Source: Limnobacter parvus
GTDB lineage: Bacteria; Pseudomonadota; Gammaproteobacteria; Burkholderiales; Burkholderiaceae_B
Length of the DNA: 32,000 bases
NCBI RefSeq assembly: GCF_024623725.1
Contig: NZ_JANKHG010000018.1
Coordinates: forward strand, 214,602-246,601
Direction of reading: 5' to 3'
Shown here piece after piece: positions 17,522 to 26,229 of the stretch. Position 1 is the first letter of the stretch. Every line of letters starts with the position of its first letter. Made by a program: the position numbers and the translations under genes. The notes below the pieces were generated by a model. That model saw nothing but the letters and a program-made list of their open reading frames with translations, had not been told where the DNA came from and made no database searches.

Positions 17522-18626
17522 CGTGCAGGTCTCCTCTTGTTTTCATTTGTGTGGCGCGAAGGCGGTCCATGTCGCTTTGGAAGGTGACGTAGTGCGGCAT
17601 TTTGTAGTGGTTGGCAAACCCCATGGAGTCAACACCGTCAATGTGCAGCAGCACAAATTCCGGGTCTTCGGACGGGTTGGCAGGGCCATCGCGCATGCCT
17701 TTCTGCAAGGCACGATCCAGAATGGCCATTGAAATGGCTTTGGTTTCGTTGTGGCCCAAACACGCGCCATAACCCAATGTGAAAGTGGGTATTTCTCCGG
17801 GCTCGGCCCCTTCGTACATGGCCACCACTTCGCATTCGGTCACCAACACTTCGCCGGCCTCGGTGGGCTCGCCAGTCACCGGATGCGGCAACATGATGGG
17901 CAGGTAACCCACACGCAATTCAGCGACAGTGGGGTGTACATCGCCATAGCCACGCATATTGGAATACGCCATGGCCAGCAGTGAACCTGTTTCTGCACGC
18001 GCCATGGTGGCCAGCGATGCGGAACGGGTCACAGGAAACACCAGCGGTTCACGGGTAATATCAAAGGCTTGCGCGGGGTTGTTCTTTGTTTCAGGAATTA
18101 GCCCCTCGGCACGCAGGGAATCAAGTACCTTGGGAAAGGTGTCGGGCAGGTTTGCAGCCGCAGCGTGTTCTTTCAAAAACCGACGCGCCATGTTTTGAAA
18201 CACCTCAGGTTGTTCATCGACCAAATCCAGGCGCATCAGGCGCAAGGCGTAATCGGTGGTGGGGCCCAACATTTGCCCGCCGGGAATGTCTTTGAAAGCG
18301 CTTGAAATTCTGCGAATCAAGCGCATGTCGCCTGTGCTTTGCACCGGGGTTTCCAGCACGCGCGGCTTTGTGGAACGGTAAGCCCGCAAGGCAAAACCGG
18401 CTTCCAGCGTGTCGCCCTGCATCTGCTTGATGGCCAAAGCCGCAAGGCGTGGGTGGTACAAGCCTCCTTCCGACACAATGCGGCTGGTCAATAGGCGCAA
18501 CTGGTTTTCAATGGCGTTCAAACTAATCGGCGTGCCTTGCTCTCCTTCTGCGGTGCGCAATGCTTCAAACGCCAGTTCGGCGCCTTCAATGGCTTTTGCA
18601 CCACCTTTAATGGCCACATAACCCAT
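17508..18626 (-). CDS. phnI: C-P lyase core complex subunit PhnI
   Basis: N-terminus 'MGYVAIKGGAKAIEGAE', 372 aa. Position between phnH and phnJ. Confidence 0.9.
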   Translation of the reverse strand: MGYVAIKGGAKAIEGAELAFEALRTAEGEQGTPISLNAIENQLRLLTSRIVSEGGLYHPRLAALAIKQMQGDTLEAGFALRAYRSTKPRVLETPVQSTGDMRLIRRISSAFKDIPGGQMLGPTTDYALRLMRLDLVDEQPEVFQNMARRFLKEHAAAANLPDTFPKVLDSLRAEGLIPETKNNPAQAFDITREPLVFPVTRSASLATMARAETGSLLAMAYSNMRGYGDVHPTVAELRVGYLPIMLPHPVTGEPTEAGEVLVTECEVVAMYEGAEPGEIPTFTLGYGACLGHNETKAISMAILDRALQKGMRDGPANPSEDPEFVLLHIDGVDSMGFANHYKMPHYVTFQSDMDRLRATQMKTRGDLHDAPL

Positions 18627-19195
18627 TAGAATTCTCCTTTAACTTGGGTGCTGCGGGGCAAAGCCACCACCTGGTTTTCGCTCACTAGAATGAAATCAAC
18701 ACCGGTTGGAAATGCTGCATTCCAGAAGGCACGGCGTTGCAACCATGCCGTATTCAATCCGGCCACGTGCAATGTGTTTTCTTTTTCAATGCCGGGGCCT
18801 GTCAGTGTGAGTTCGCTTGATTCGTTCGTGGCACTAAAACCCTGCACCTGCACAATCAGGGTTGCGCCGTGTTCGGGCTCTTCCAGCGTGCCCAGCAGGG
18901 GTTGAAATACGGGTGGGTTTTCACCTTTGCACACAATGAATTGCGCACATTCAGGTGTTTCCATGCGCGCCTCAAGCCGCATGCGCACATCGCCATTCAA
19001 CAAATTGTCGGGGTCGGCCAAAGCCACTTCGCCGTCAATCAGCGTGGCCAACACCTGCTCAAGGGCGGTGCTGTTCCCATGCAGGTTTTGAATGCGGCCT
19101 GGGTAGGCAAATGCATTCATCAGTGCTCTGAAATTCAATTGTTGAACTTGCGGGGTGTAAGTGCTTAAGTAGTTGGATTGATCAAGCATCGTCAT
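18626..19195 (-). CDS. phnH: C-P lyase core complex subunit PhnH
   Basis: 189 aa. Overlaps phnG and phnI. Assigned from operon position and size. Confidence 0.85.
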   Translation of the reverse strand: MTMLDQSNYLSTYTPQVQQLNFRALMNAFAYPGRIQNLHGNSTALEQVLATLIDGEVALADPDNLLNGDVRMRLEARMETPECAQFIVCKGENPPVFQPLLGTLEEPEHGATLIVQVQGFSATNESSELTLTGPGIEKENTLHVAGLNTAWLQRRAFWNAAFPTGVDFILVSENQVVALPRSTQVKGEF

Positions 19196-19655
19196 CCTCG
19201 TCCATCGTGCCCAACAATGAAAAATCCACCTTGGTGGCGCTTAAGTTGGCGCGGCGCAAAGCGGTGTCGGCCTGTACCTGTGCAGCCGCTGTATGCAGGC
19301 TGTGTTCGACCAATTCCCAACCCGGTAACTTTGCCGACAACACCCCGTCCAGAATGGCCATGGCGCGCGTTAAACCCACGCGGTCGTCCATACACACTGC
19401 GCCACCTTCAACCGATTTGCCGGTGGGGCTTTGTATTCGCACATGGGCTTTGATGACCGGAATTTCACCCAGAAAATAGGCGTCGCCCAAGGCGCTGTCG
19501 CGAAGTTGCAGCAAACCCAAACCCGCTTTGGGAATGTGAAGGTCGGTGATCTCGCAGCCCACAGTGACTTGCCTGGCCAAGGCCTTGATGTGCGAAGGTT
19601 CGCTGGCTTGCCACATGCGCAACCACTGGCTGCGAGGTATGTTGTTCACGCTCAT
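19182..19655 (-). CDS. phnG: C-P lyase core complex subunit PhnG
   Basis: 157 aa, the first C-P lyase gene after the transporter genes. Overlaps phnH by 14 nt. Confidence 0.85.
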   Translation of the reverse strand: MSVNNIPRSQWLRMWQASEPSHIKALARQVTVGCEITDLHIPKAGLGLLQLRDSALGDAYFLGEIPVIKAHVRIQSPTGKSVEGGAVCMDDRVGLTRAMAILDGVLSAKLPGWELVEHSLHTAAAQVQADTALRRANLSATKVDFSLLGTMDEDDDA

Positions 19656-19668
19656 GTTCAGATCACCC

Positions 19669-20694
19669 TTAAATCAGCTTGGCGCGAATGCGTGCCGACA
19701 ATTGGTCGAGTACAAACACGAAGATGAAAATTGCAATCAGAATGGTCATGACGTGGCCATATTGAAAAAGATCAAATCGACCTTTCAGTTCTTGACCAAT
19801 GCCACCCGCACCCACCAAACCAATAACAGTGGCCATGCGCAAATTGCGATCCAGAATGTAGGCGGTGTAGGCGATGTACTGCGGAAACACCTGCGGAATA
19901 ACGCCATACCACAAGGTTTTCAGCTTGCCGGAACCAATCGCTTCCAACGCTTCTTGCGGTTTCTTGTCTGCGTTTTCAATGTCTTCAGCGTAGAACTTGC
20001 CCAGAAAACCGGCTGCATGAAAGCCCAACGCCAACACACCAGCTATTGGGCCAAAGCCATAGGCCAACACCAAAAACAGCGCCACAATCAGTTCGGGCAT
20101 TGAACGCAGCAAACTGATGAGACCCCGCGTTGCGGTGTAAGTGAACTTATTGGGGCTGTAATTCACCGCAGCAAAATAAGCCAGCGGAATAGACAACACC
20201 ACTGAAATTATGGTGCCCCAGAACGCAATTTCCAGTGTTTGAATCATTTTTACAAACACGTCCCACACATAACCCAAGGGGCGCACCAGCACCTCGCGGG
20301 TTTCTGTCACGCTTTCCATTTCCAGCGTGTCGGTGTTCATGCGTTGCGTCGTGATTTCCTGCGTTTCAATGTAAGCAAAGCCGGGTAAATTCTCTCGATC
20401 CAGATCAGGCAAGCGGTTGGTTTCTTCCTGCGTGGCCACAATGGGCGGCCACATCACGTCGCCCACGCGGGAAAAGCCGCGCACCACTTGGGAATCGTCG
20501 TTAAAGCCCATCAGGTTGCCGACAGCCTGGCTGGTCATGTTGACCATTTTGTCCATCTCGGTGCGGTGGCCCGTCACCAGCAACAAAGCAAACACTGCAA
20601 TCAAAATCAACAGGTGTTTGGCGCTGTAGGGGGCTTCCAGTTTCCAGCGCAGTTCCGTGCCGGGTGGCGGCATGGGAATGGGTTTGCTACTCAT
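19669..20694 (-). CDS. phnE: Phosphonate ABC transporter permease PhnE, with a long extra loop after TM1
   Basis: C-terminal two-thirds is a typical PhnE/ABC type-1 permease ('LRSMPELIVALFLV', 'EALEAIGSGKLKTLWYGVIPQV'). The N-terminal region is longer than I expect for this family. Confidence 0.88.
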   Translation of the reverse strand: MSSKPIPMPPPGTELRWKLEAPYSAKHLLILIAVFALLLVTGHRTEMDKMVNMTSQAVGNLMGFNDDSQVVRGFSRVGDVMWPPIVATQEETNRLPDLDRENLPGFAYIETQEITTQRMNTDTLEMESVTETREVLVRPLGYVWDVFVKMIQTLEIAFWGTIISVVLSIPLAYFAAVNYSPNKFTYTATRGLISLLRSMPELIVALFLVLAYGFGPIAGVLALGFHAAGFLGKFYAEDIENADKKPQEALEAIGSGKLKTLWYGVIPQVFPQYIAYTAYILDRNLRMATVIGLVGAGGIGQELKGRFDLFQYGHVMTILIAIFIFVFVLDQLSARIRAKLI

Positions 20695-20735
20695 GGTGTA
20701 GTTGTCCGTATGCAGTGATGGTGTGGGTGCTGTTA

Positions 20736-21539
20736 TTAAGCTGTGGCAAGGCGCAAGCCCGGTACAGCCAACTCAAATTCTTCTTCCTCGGCAGGCGTGT
20801 CCTCCCAACGCGCACCGTGGTACAGGTCATTCACTTTTTCATCGGTGAACTCAGCAGGCGTGCCATCAAACACCACCTTGCCGTTGCGCATGCCTACAAT
20901 GCGGTCGCCAAACTCGCGGGCCAAATCCACTTGGTGCAAACTGCAAATTACGGTGGCATTGCGCTCGCGGGCTGCATCGCGAATCAAGCCCAAAATGTCG
21001 GATGAAATTTTGGGGTCCAGACTGGCCACCGGTTCATCGGCCAGCACCACTTCGGGGTCGAGCATGAAAGCGCGGGCGATGCCCACACGCTGTTGTTGGC
21101 CGCCAGACAAATCACCGGCACGGCGGGTTAAGTGCTCAGGCTTCAAACCCACCTGTTCAACCAAGGCACAGGCCTTGTCTCGCTGCTCGGGTTCAAACCA
21201 ACCCGACAAGGCGCGGGCCATGCTGACCTTGGGCAACATGCCCGCCAACACATTCGATGCAACGCTTAAGCGCGGCGACAAATTAAAGTGCTGGTGAATC
21301 ATAGCCACGCGTTGGCGCAGCAATTTTTCAGTGCTTGAGTTCAACACCTCGCCATCAATTTTTACGAAGCCTTGCGTGGGTTTTACCAAGCCGTTGACTG
21401 CGCGCAGCAAAGTAGATTTGCCCGCACCCGAGGGGCCAAGAATGACGCAAAACTGACCTCTCGGAACTTTCAGTGAAACTTGGCTTAGCGCTTGCGTGCC
21501 ATCGGCCCACTGCTTGGAAATGGTGTTGAACTCAATCAC
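20736..21539 (-). CDS. phnC: Phosphonate ABC transporter ATP-binding protein PhnC
   Basis: 'GPSGAGKSTLLR', 'LSGGQQQRVGIARA' and 'VLADEPVASLD'. Confidence 0.92.
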   Translation of the reverse strand: MIEFNTISKQWADGTQALSQVSLKVPRGQFCVILGPSGAGKSTLLRAVNGLVKPTQGFVKIDGEVLNSSTEKLLRQRVAMIHQHFNLSPRLSVASNVLAGMLPKVSMARALSGWFEPEQRDKACALVEQVGLKPEHLTRRAGDLSGGQQQRVGIARAFMLDPEVVLADEPVASLDPKISSDILGLIRDAARERNATVICSLHQVDLAREFGDRIVGMRNGKVVFDGTPAEFTDEKVNDLYHGARWEDTPAEEEEFELAVPGLRLATA

Positions 21540-21550
21540 GGTGTTACTCC

Positions 21551-22495
21551 TTATCGCTTGCTGGCTTTGGCCATCAGGTCTTGTTTCACGTTGTCGGTCA
21601 CCAGATCAAACAACTTGCCAGCGTTGGCCATGTCTTCTTCACTCACCTTCGATGTGTAGGCATCAACCCGTCCACCGCCGTAACCTCGAATCTGGTCTTT
21701 GGTAATGCCGGGCATGGTGTGCACAGTGTCGAAAGCTGTGCGCAACTTGGCTTTGACATCGGCATTCACTTTGGGGTGAATGGCCAGCGGTGGGTATGGA
21801 ATCGGAGTACTTTTGGCCACCACCTTGAACTTGTTGGGGTCGATGGCCTTGGCATTCACTGCTTTTTCGAATGAATCAAACGACGCGCCACCCACATCGG
21901 AAAGGCCTTCGTTCAGCGCGTTCAACACGTTGGCGTGGCTGCCAGCCATGTTCACAGCACTGGCGTCAGCCCATGGCTTCACGCCGTTTTGCATCATCAT
22001 GGCCACTGGAATGTTGAAGCTGGATGTGCTGTTCACATCACCTAAAGCAATGCGCTTGCCCTTGATGTCGGCAAAGCTGTTCACGTTCGCATCTTTGCGG
22101 GCAAAAATTCCGCTGTAGTAAACCGAGCCACCACCGCGCACAGCCAGTGCCAGAAGTTCAGCACAGCCACGCGCCTTGGCTTGCAGGTAAGTGGCTGGGC
22201 CGTAAAACGCAATGTCGGCGGCGCCGCTGCACATGGCTTCCACTGCGGCGGAATAACTTTGCCCCACTTTGATGTCGAAGTTCACGCCAGTGGCTTGCGT
22301 AATGGCGTTGAATACCGGCTGGAAGTCTTTTTTGGTGCCGTCTTCCGTTCCACCGTCTGCGGGAATCAACACCACGCGCAGGGGCTTGTTGGCTGAACCA
22401 TCATTTTGAACTTGGGCCAAAGCCAGGCTGGGTGTGAATACCGCTGCAACAGCCAGCGCAGAAAGGGTTTTCAGGGTGTTGCGTTTGGAAATCAT
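21551..22495 (-). CDS. phnD: Phosphonate ABC transporter periplasmic binding protein PhnD
   Basis: Signal peptide 'MISKRNTLKTLSALAVAAVFTPSLALAQ'. PhnD-type 'LRVVLIP' and 'YSGIFARKD'. Adjacent to phnC. Confidence 0.9.
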   Translation of the reverse strand: MISKRNTLKTLSALAVAAVFTPSLALAQVQNDGSANKPLRVVLIPADGGTEDGTKKDFQPVFNAITQATGVNFDIKVGQSYSAAVEAMCSGAADIAFYGPATYLQAKARGCAELLALAVRGGGSVYYSGIFARKDANVNSFADIKGKRIALGDVNSTSSFNIPVAMMMQNGVKPWADASAVNMAGSHANVLNALNEGLSDVGGASFDSFEKAVNAKAIDPNKFKVVAKSTPIPYPPLAIHPKVNADVKAKLRTAFDTVHTMPGITKDQIRGYGGGRVDAYTSKVSEEDMANAGKLFDLVTDNVKQDLMAKASKR

Positions 22496-22515
22496 GAAAA
22501 TTCTCCGAATGGTAA

Positions 22516-23244
22516 TTAAGGATTAATACGCAATTGAATTCGGTCGGCGCGGAAACGTGTGATGGCGTATTCCACGGGCTCGCCGGTTTTGCTGCACAGG
22601 TTCAAACTTTTTACACGCAGTACCGGGCGGTTTTGCGGCATGCTCAGCAAGCGCGCATCTTCGCCTTGTGGCAGCACTGAAGTGACCAAACTTTCTGTAC
22701 GGCGCGGTGTGCAGCCGTATTCTTTTTTTAGCAAGGCATGCAGCGATCCGCCTTCGTACAAGTTCTCAAGATTTCGGAATTTAACGGCGGGCAGGAAATG
22801 TGAAATGACGCACAAGGGGCGCCCTTCGCCAGTGCGCACCGATTCAATCCAAACCACTGGGTCGGCGACCGCAATCTTCAAGCGCTCGGCCACGCGGTGA
22901 ATGGCGGGAATAACCTGCCGTTTGTGAACGATGTCTTCGGCCTGCATGCCATGGGCTGCCAGGTTTTCTGTGAAGCGCGTACCTTGGCCAATTTGATAGT
23001 CCAGGTAGGTGTCGAGCACAAACACGCCTTTGCCGTGTCGGCGTTCAAGCAGACCAGAATCGACCAATTCATCAATGGCTCGGCGCAGGGTGTGGCGGTT
23101 CACACCATAGTTTTTTGCAAGCTCGCCTTCGGCAGGCAAACCATCACCGGGTTGGTAGTTGCGAAGTACCTCTTGTTCCAGTTGACGTGCAATCTGGAAG
23201 TAAAGGGCTTCACCGGTGTCTCGAGCAAGGGCGTACAGGGTCAT
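22516..23244 (-). CDS. phnF: GntR/HutC-family phosphonate utilisation regulator PhnF
   Basis: wHTH 'LPAEGELAKNYGVNRHTLRRAIDELV' plus a C-terminal UTRA domain. First gene of the phn operon, 20 nt upstream of phnD. Confidence 0.88.
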   Translation of the reverse strand: MTLYALARDTGEALYFQIARQLEQEVLRNYQPGDGLPAEGELAKNYGVNRHTLRRAIDELVDSGLLERRHGKGVFVLDTYLDYQIGQGTRFTENLAAHGMQAEDIVHKRQVIPAIHRVAERLKIAVADPVVWIESVRTGEGRPLCVISHFLPAVKFRNLENLYEGGSLHALLKKEYGCTPRRTESLVTSVLPQGEDARLLSMPQNRPVLRVKSLNLCSKTGEPVEYAITRFRADRIQLRINP

Positions 23245-23252
23245 GGCAGTGA

Positions 23253-23268
23253 TCTAGACATGTAGACA
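23253..23268 (-). promoter_or_regulatory. Candidate PhnF (HutC-type) operator: tandem TGTCTACA|TGTCTAGA
   Basis: The minus strand reads TGTCTACATGTCTAGA and ends 8 nt before the phnF ATG. It contains GTCTA half-sites and a TCTAGA palindrome. Confidence 0.4.
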
Positions 23269-23276
23269 ATGCACGA

Positions 23277-23310
23277 AGTGTACGAATGCGCTGTGACGCT
23301 TTTATGAAGC
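23277..23310 (-). promoter_or_regulatory. Candidate Pho box plus -10 element for the phn operon
   Basis: The minus strand reads GCTTCAT-AAAA-GCGTCAC (plus-strand 23293-23310), compared with the E. coli consensus CTGTCAT-A(A/T)A(A/T)-CTGTCA(C/T). A further 11-bp-phased GTTACAG lies upstream. TACACT (plus-strand 23277-23282) lies exactly 10 nt downstream. Confidence 0.45.
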
Positions 23311-23398
23311 TGGCTGTAACAAAGCCTGCTGAAGCTGTGGTACCCACTCAAGACCCAATATCAGTGGGCCTTGGCAGGAGATATGAATTAAATAAGAA

Positions 23399-23914
23399 TC
23401 AAGATTTGTTGGGGGAGCTGCTTGTTTCGACCAAACGGGGCTGCTCATCTCGCGGCCATTCAAAGCTGTAAAAACCTTCTTTTCCGTTGATTGTGTAATC
23501 AAATTGACCGCTAATCGAGCTGTTGTTCATTTCAAGATTGAATGCACACTGATTCGGCGCCTCACAACCATGTTGATCGATCAAAGCGCTGACTTCTGGG
23601 TCAATCAAGGGGGCGGTGTGCAAACCCTGTGGGGTCATGAAATACACACCGGCGTCGCTGCCACAATGCTTTTCAATCAGGGTAAGGCCAACGCCCTCGA
23701 AACGAAACTCACATTCATTCTTCGAAGCATAAGACAACAGTTGTTGAGAAGCGGCGTTGTCTTGGCAAGACGACACGCCAAACATGGTCAGCCCGATCAC
23801 CAACATCAAAGTGAAAACAACAAACAGAAACTTGCCAACCTTGCCCACAAAAGAGCCTTGGTTGCGATGCGAATCGAACGACAGGGAGCGCGACCTGCTG
23901 CGTTGGTTAAACAT
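23399..23914 (-). CDS. Hypothetical protein, probable lipoprotein, no recognisable family
   Basis: Hydrophobic segment followed by a lipobox-like 'FGVSSC' (Cys50). An alternative GTG start at 23848, with AAGG 7 nt upstream, would give a canonical 28-aa lipoprotein signal. Four further Cys residues in the mature part. Confidence 0.55.
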   Translation of the reverse strand: MFNQRSRSRSLSFDSHRNQGSFVGKVGKFLFVVFTLMLVIGLTMFGVSSCQDNAASQQLLSYASKNECEFRFEGVGLTLIEKHCGSDAGVYFMTPQGLHTAPLIDPEVSALIDQHGCEAPNQCAFNLEMNNSSISGQFDYTINGKEGFYSFEWPRDEQPRLVETSSSPNKS

Positions 23915-24026
23915 GGCGGGTAACCTTTTTTAGAATACGTTGAGATTGGTGCGAATTAAGCTGCACCTTTCCCAACGCTCCAGCTCACCATGCGTTTACA
24001 CAGAACGGAGGTACTTTTAGAAGATA

Positions 24027-25346
24027 CTAATTCCTGACAGTGAAACCAATTTGAACCCAGCCCGCATCGTTTTGCGCGAACGGCTCACCGCCGTGCAGCC
24101 GCGCAATTGCTGCCACAATGGCCAGGCCCAAACCATGATTTTGACCGCTTTCTTTGCGTGCCTGGTCGACCCGGTAAAACGGTTCGAACAAATGCGGTAC
24201 GCTGGCTTCAGGAATACAAACACCCTTGTTACTCACCGTTATTTTCACCAGCCCAGTGGTTGCTTCTTGCTGAATATTCACATGAATGATGCTGCCTTCT
24301 TCGGCATAGCGAATGGCATTCGAAACCAGATTGGACAAAGCCCGTTTTATTAACTCGGCATCAACTTTCGCGCCTGCATCACCTTGCAAATCAAATTTCA
24401 GGTGCTTGTCGTCCACCATGGCCTCCATGTAATCCATCACAGGAATTACCAATTCGCTGAGTTTTTCAATCTGGCGAAAATCCTTGTATTGCCCTTGGCT
24501 GGCGTGCGACAAAAACAGCATGCTTTGAATGATGCGGTTCATGCGCTGCAGCTCCTCAAGGTGACTGTGCAGTGCCTCCCGCAAATGCGCCGGATCAGTG
24601 TTTTTCTCGCGCAGCAGAAGCTCATGGCTTACCGTCAGGCTTGAAAGCGGGGTATTCAGTTCATGCGCCACATTTGAATTGAAGGCACGCAGTTGGTCAT
24701 GGTACTGACCCACCTTGCCCATCAATTTATTGAATTGCTCAATAACGGGGTAAAGCTCTTCAGGCTCGTGATCTCCTTCAATTCGCGCGGTTAAATTGGA
24801 TGGATCAAAATCAGCAATTTTCCGACCAAACTTGTTCAAGGGCTTTAGCTGAAACCGCGCAAAAGTACCACTCAACAAAAGAATGAACGCACCCCACACC
24901 ACTGAAACACCCGTGAACAGCAGGGCAATGAAGTTCAAGAACTGTTTTTCCTCAGACACATCAATGGCCAGTTCAAGATCGCGCATTGGCATGTTGCCGC
25001 CCAAACCCACCAAGGGATACATCGCGCTAACTTTGTGTTTCTCTTGACTCAGTAACACCTGCGGGCCGTACAAAACCTGGCCATCAGTGCCATGTACTTT
25101 GGCGCGCACATCGCCAAGGCTGACTAACAACTCATCGACCCGGCTCCACATTTCAACCGGCATTAACTCGCTGTTGCGCGCCAAAATTTGCTCAATGCTG
25201 GACGCCGCACGGTCCAGGGTGTCTTGTTGGCGCATGTCTTGCCACATGCAAATAGCTTGATAACTGATAACGGCGATAATGCCCACGCCCAGAATACTGA
25301 GAATCGACATTTGCCACGAAGACCGCCGCGCAATGGAGCGCCTCAC
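24027..25346 (-). CDS. Heavy-metal-type sensor histidine kinase (CusS/CopS/HprS-like)
   Basis: 2 TM plus a periplasmic domain and HAMP. H-box 'NVAHELNTPLSSL'. 'LSNLVSNAIRYA' and 'NHGLGLAIVAAIARLHGG'. A 4-nt overlap with the response-regulator gene. Confidence 0.85.
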   Translation of the reverse strand: MRRSIARRSSWQMSILSILGVGIIAVISYQAICMWQDMRQQDTLDRAASSIEQILARNSELMPVEMWSRVDELLVSLGDVRAKVHGTDGQVLYGPQVLLSQEKHKVSAMYPLVGLGGNMPMRDLELAIDVSEEKQFLNFIALLFTGVSVVWGAFILLLSGTFARFQLKPLNKFGRKIADFDPSNLTARIEGDHEPEELYPVIEQFNKLMGKVGQYHDQLRAFNSNVAHELNTPLSSLTVSHELLLREKNTDPAHLREALHSHLEELQRMNRIIQSMLFLSHASQGQYKDFRQIEKLSELVIPVMDYMEAMVDDKHLKFDLQGDAGAKVDAELIKRALSNLVSNAIRYAEEGSIIHVNIQQEATTGLVKITVSNKGVCIPEASVPHLFEPFYRVDQARKESGQNHGLGLAIVAAIARLHGGEPFAQNDAGWVQIGFTVRN

Positions 25347-26044
25347 AACGCCTGCTCCACTTGCCTTTGTTCAAGCACATAACCCATGCCGCGCACGGTG
25401 TGTAACAATGGCTGATCGAAGGGTTCATCCATTTTGCTGCGAAGCCGGCGCACCGCCACATCCACCACATTGGTTTCGCTGTCAAAGTGCATGTCCCACA
25501 CCAACTCAGCCAGCTCGGTGCGTGAAAGCACCTCGCCTTTTCTGCGCAACAACAGCCACAGCAAACTGAATTCCTTGGCGGTAAGCCGCAAATCCTGACC
25601 AGCACGTTTGGCGTGGCGCTTTACAGCGTCCAGTTCCAGATCGGCCAAACTCAAGTGGCTGCTTTCGGCCACCGCGCCCGCCTGTCCTTTGGCCCTGCGA
25701 GCCAATGCATGCACGCGCGCCACCAATTCTGAAAATGCAAAGGGCTTGGTCAGGTAATCGTCGGCACCCGCTTGCAGGCCCTTCACACGGTCTTCCACCA
25801 TGGATCGGGCAGTCAACATCAACACGGGTATGTTCATGGTTTGGCGCAACGCTGCAAGTACGCCCAAGCCATCCAGATCGGGCAACATACCATCGAGAAT
25901 AATCAATTCATAATGACCTTCCGTGGCCAGGTGCAAACCATCAATGCCATTGTGCGCAACATCGACCACAAACCCTTCGGAATTCAGTCCCTTTTGCAGG
26001 TAACTGGCCAGTTTTTTCTCGTCTTCAATCACCAGAACTTTCAT
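25343..26044 (-). CDS. Heavy-metal-type OmpR-family response regulator (CusR/CopR/HprR-like)
   Basis: 'MKVLVIEDEKKLASYLQKGL...LILDGMLPDLDG...DDYLTKPFAFSEL' and 'LTAKEFSLLWLLLRRKGEVLSRTELAELVWD'. The start was set at the ATG at 26044; the track ORF extends to 26095. Confidence 0.88.
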   Translation of the reverse strand: MKVLVIEDEKKLASYLQKGLNSEGFVVDVAHNGIDGLHLATEGHYELIILDGMLPDLDGLGVLAALRQTMNIPVLMLTARSMVEDRVKGLQAGADDYLTKPFAFSELVARVHALARRAKGQAGAVAESSHLSLADLELDAVKRHAKRAGQDLRLTAKEFSLLWLLLRRKGEVLSRTELAELVWDMHFDSETNVVDVAVRRLRSKMDEPFDQPLLHTVRGMGYVLEQRQVEQAL

Positions 26045-26109
26045 ACACACCACTTCACTTTCGTGACTGAACATGCCTTGCAGTATAGAAGGCAAAGCCC
26101 CATTTTTAA

Positions 26110-26125
26110 ATTACAAACTTGTAAT
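26110..26125. promoter_or_regulatory. Perfect inverted repeat ATTACAA-AC-TTGTAAT: candidate binding box for the adjacent CusR/HprR-like regulator
   Basis: Read directly. It lies in the 185-nt divergent region between the RR-HK operon and the DUF4148 gene, 65 nt from the RR start and 104 nt from the DUF4148 start. Confidence 0.55.
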
Positions 26126-26229
26126 GTGCCTGTGGGTGCTTGGTCATTCGAGCCTGCGTAAAGTACAACTCATGCCAAGGCGACAAACGCTGCGGCCAAA
26201 ACTCAACGTTGTACTACAGGAGATATACC

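Noticed and set aside
23343-23368. Inverted repeat CCCACT...AGTGGG downstream of the lipoprotein gene, considered as a terminator.
   Set aside because: It has only a 6-bp stem, a 14-nt loop and no U-tract on the relevant (minus) strand, so it is not convincing as an intrinsic terminator.
23286-23471. 61-aa plus-strand ORF in the phnF upstream region.
   Set aside because: It has no SD sequence, overlaps the candidate Pho box and the 3' end of the lipoprotein gene, and has an unremarkable sequence. It is probably a chance ORF in a regulatory region.
26163-26214. Inverted repeat GTACAAC...GTTGTAC in the 5' leader of the DUF4148 gene, considered as a riboswitch or attenuator.
   Set aside because: It has a 7-bp stem with a loop of about 38 nt and does not occlude the SD sequence. 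A repeat of this size is expected by chance in a region of about 100 nt.
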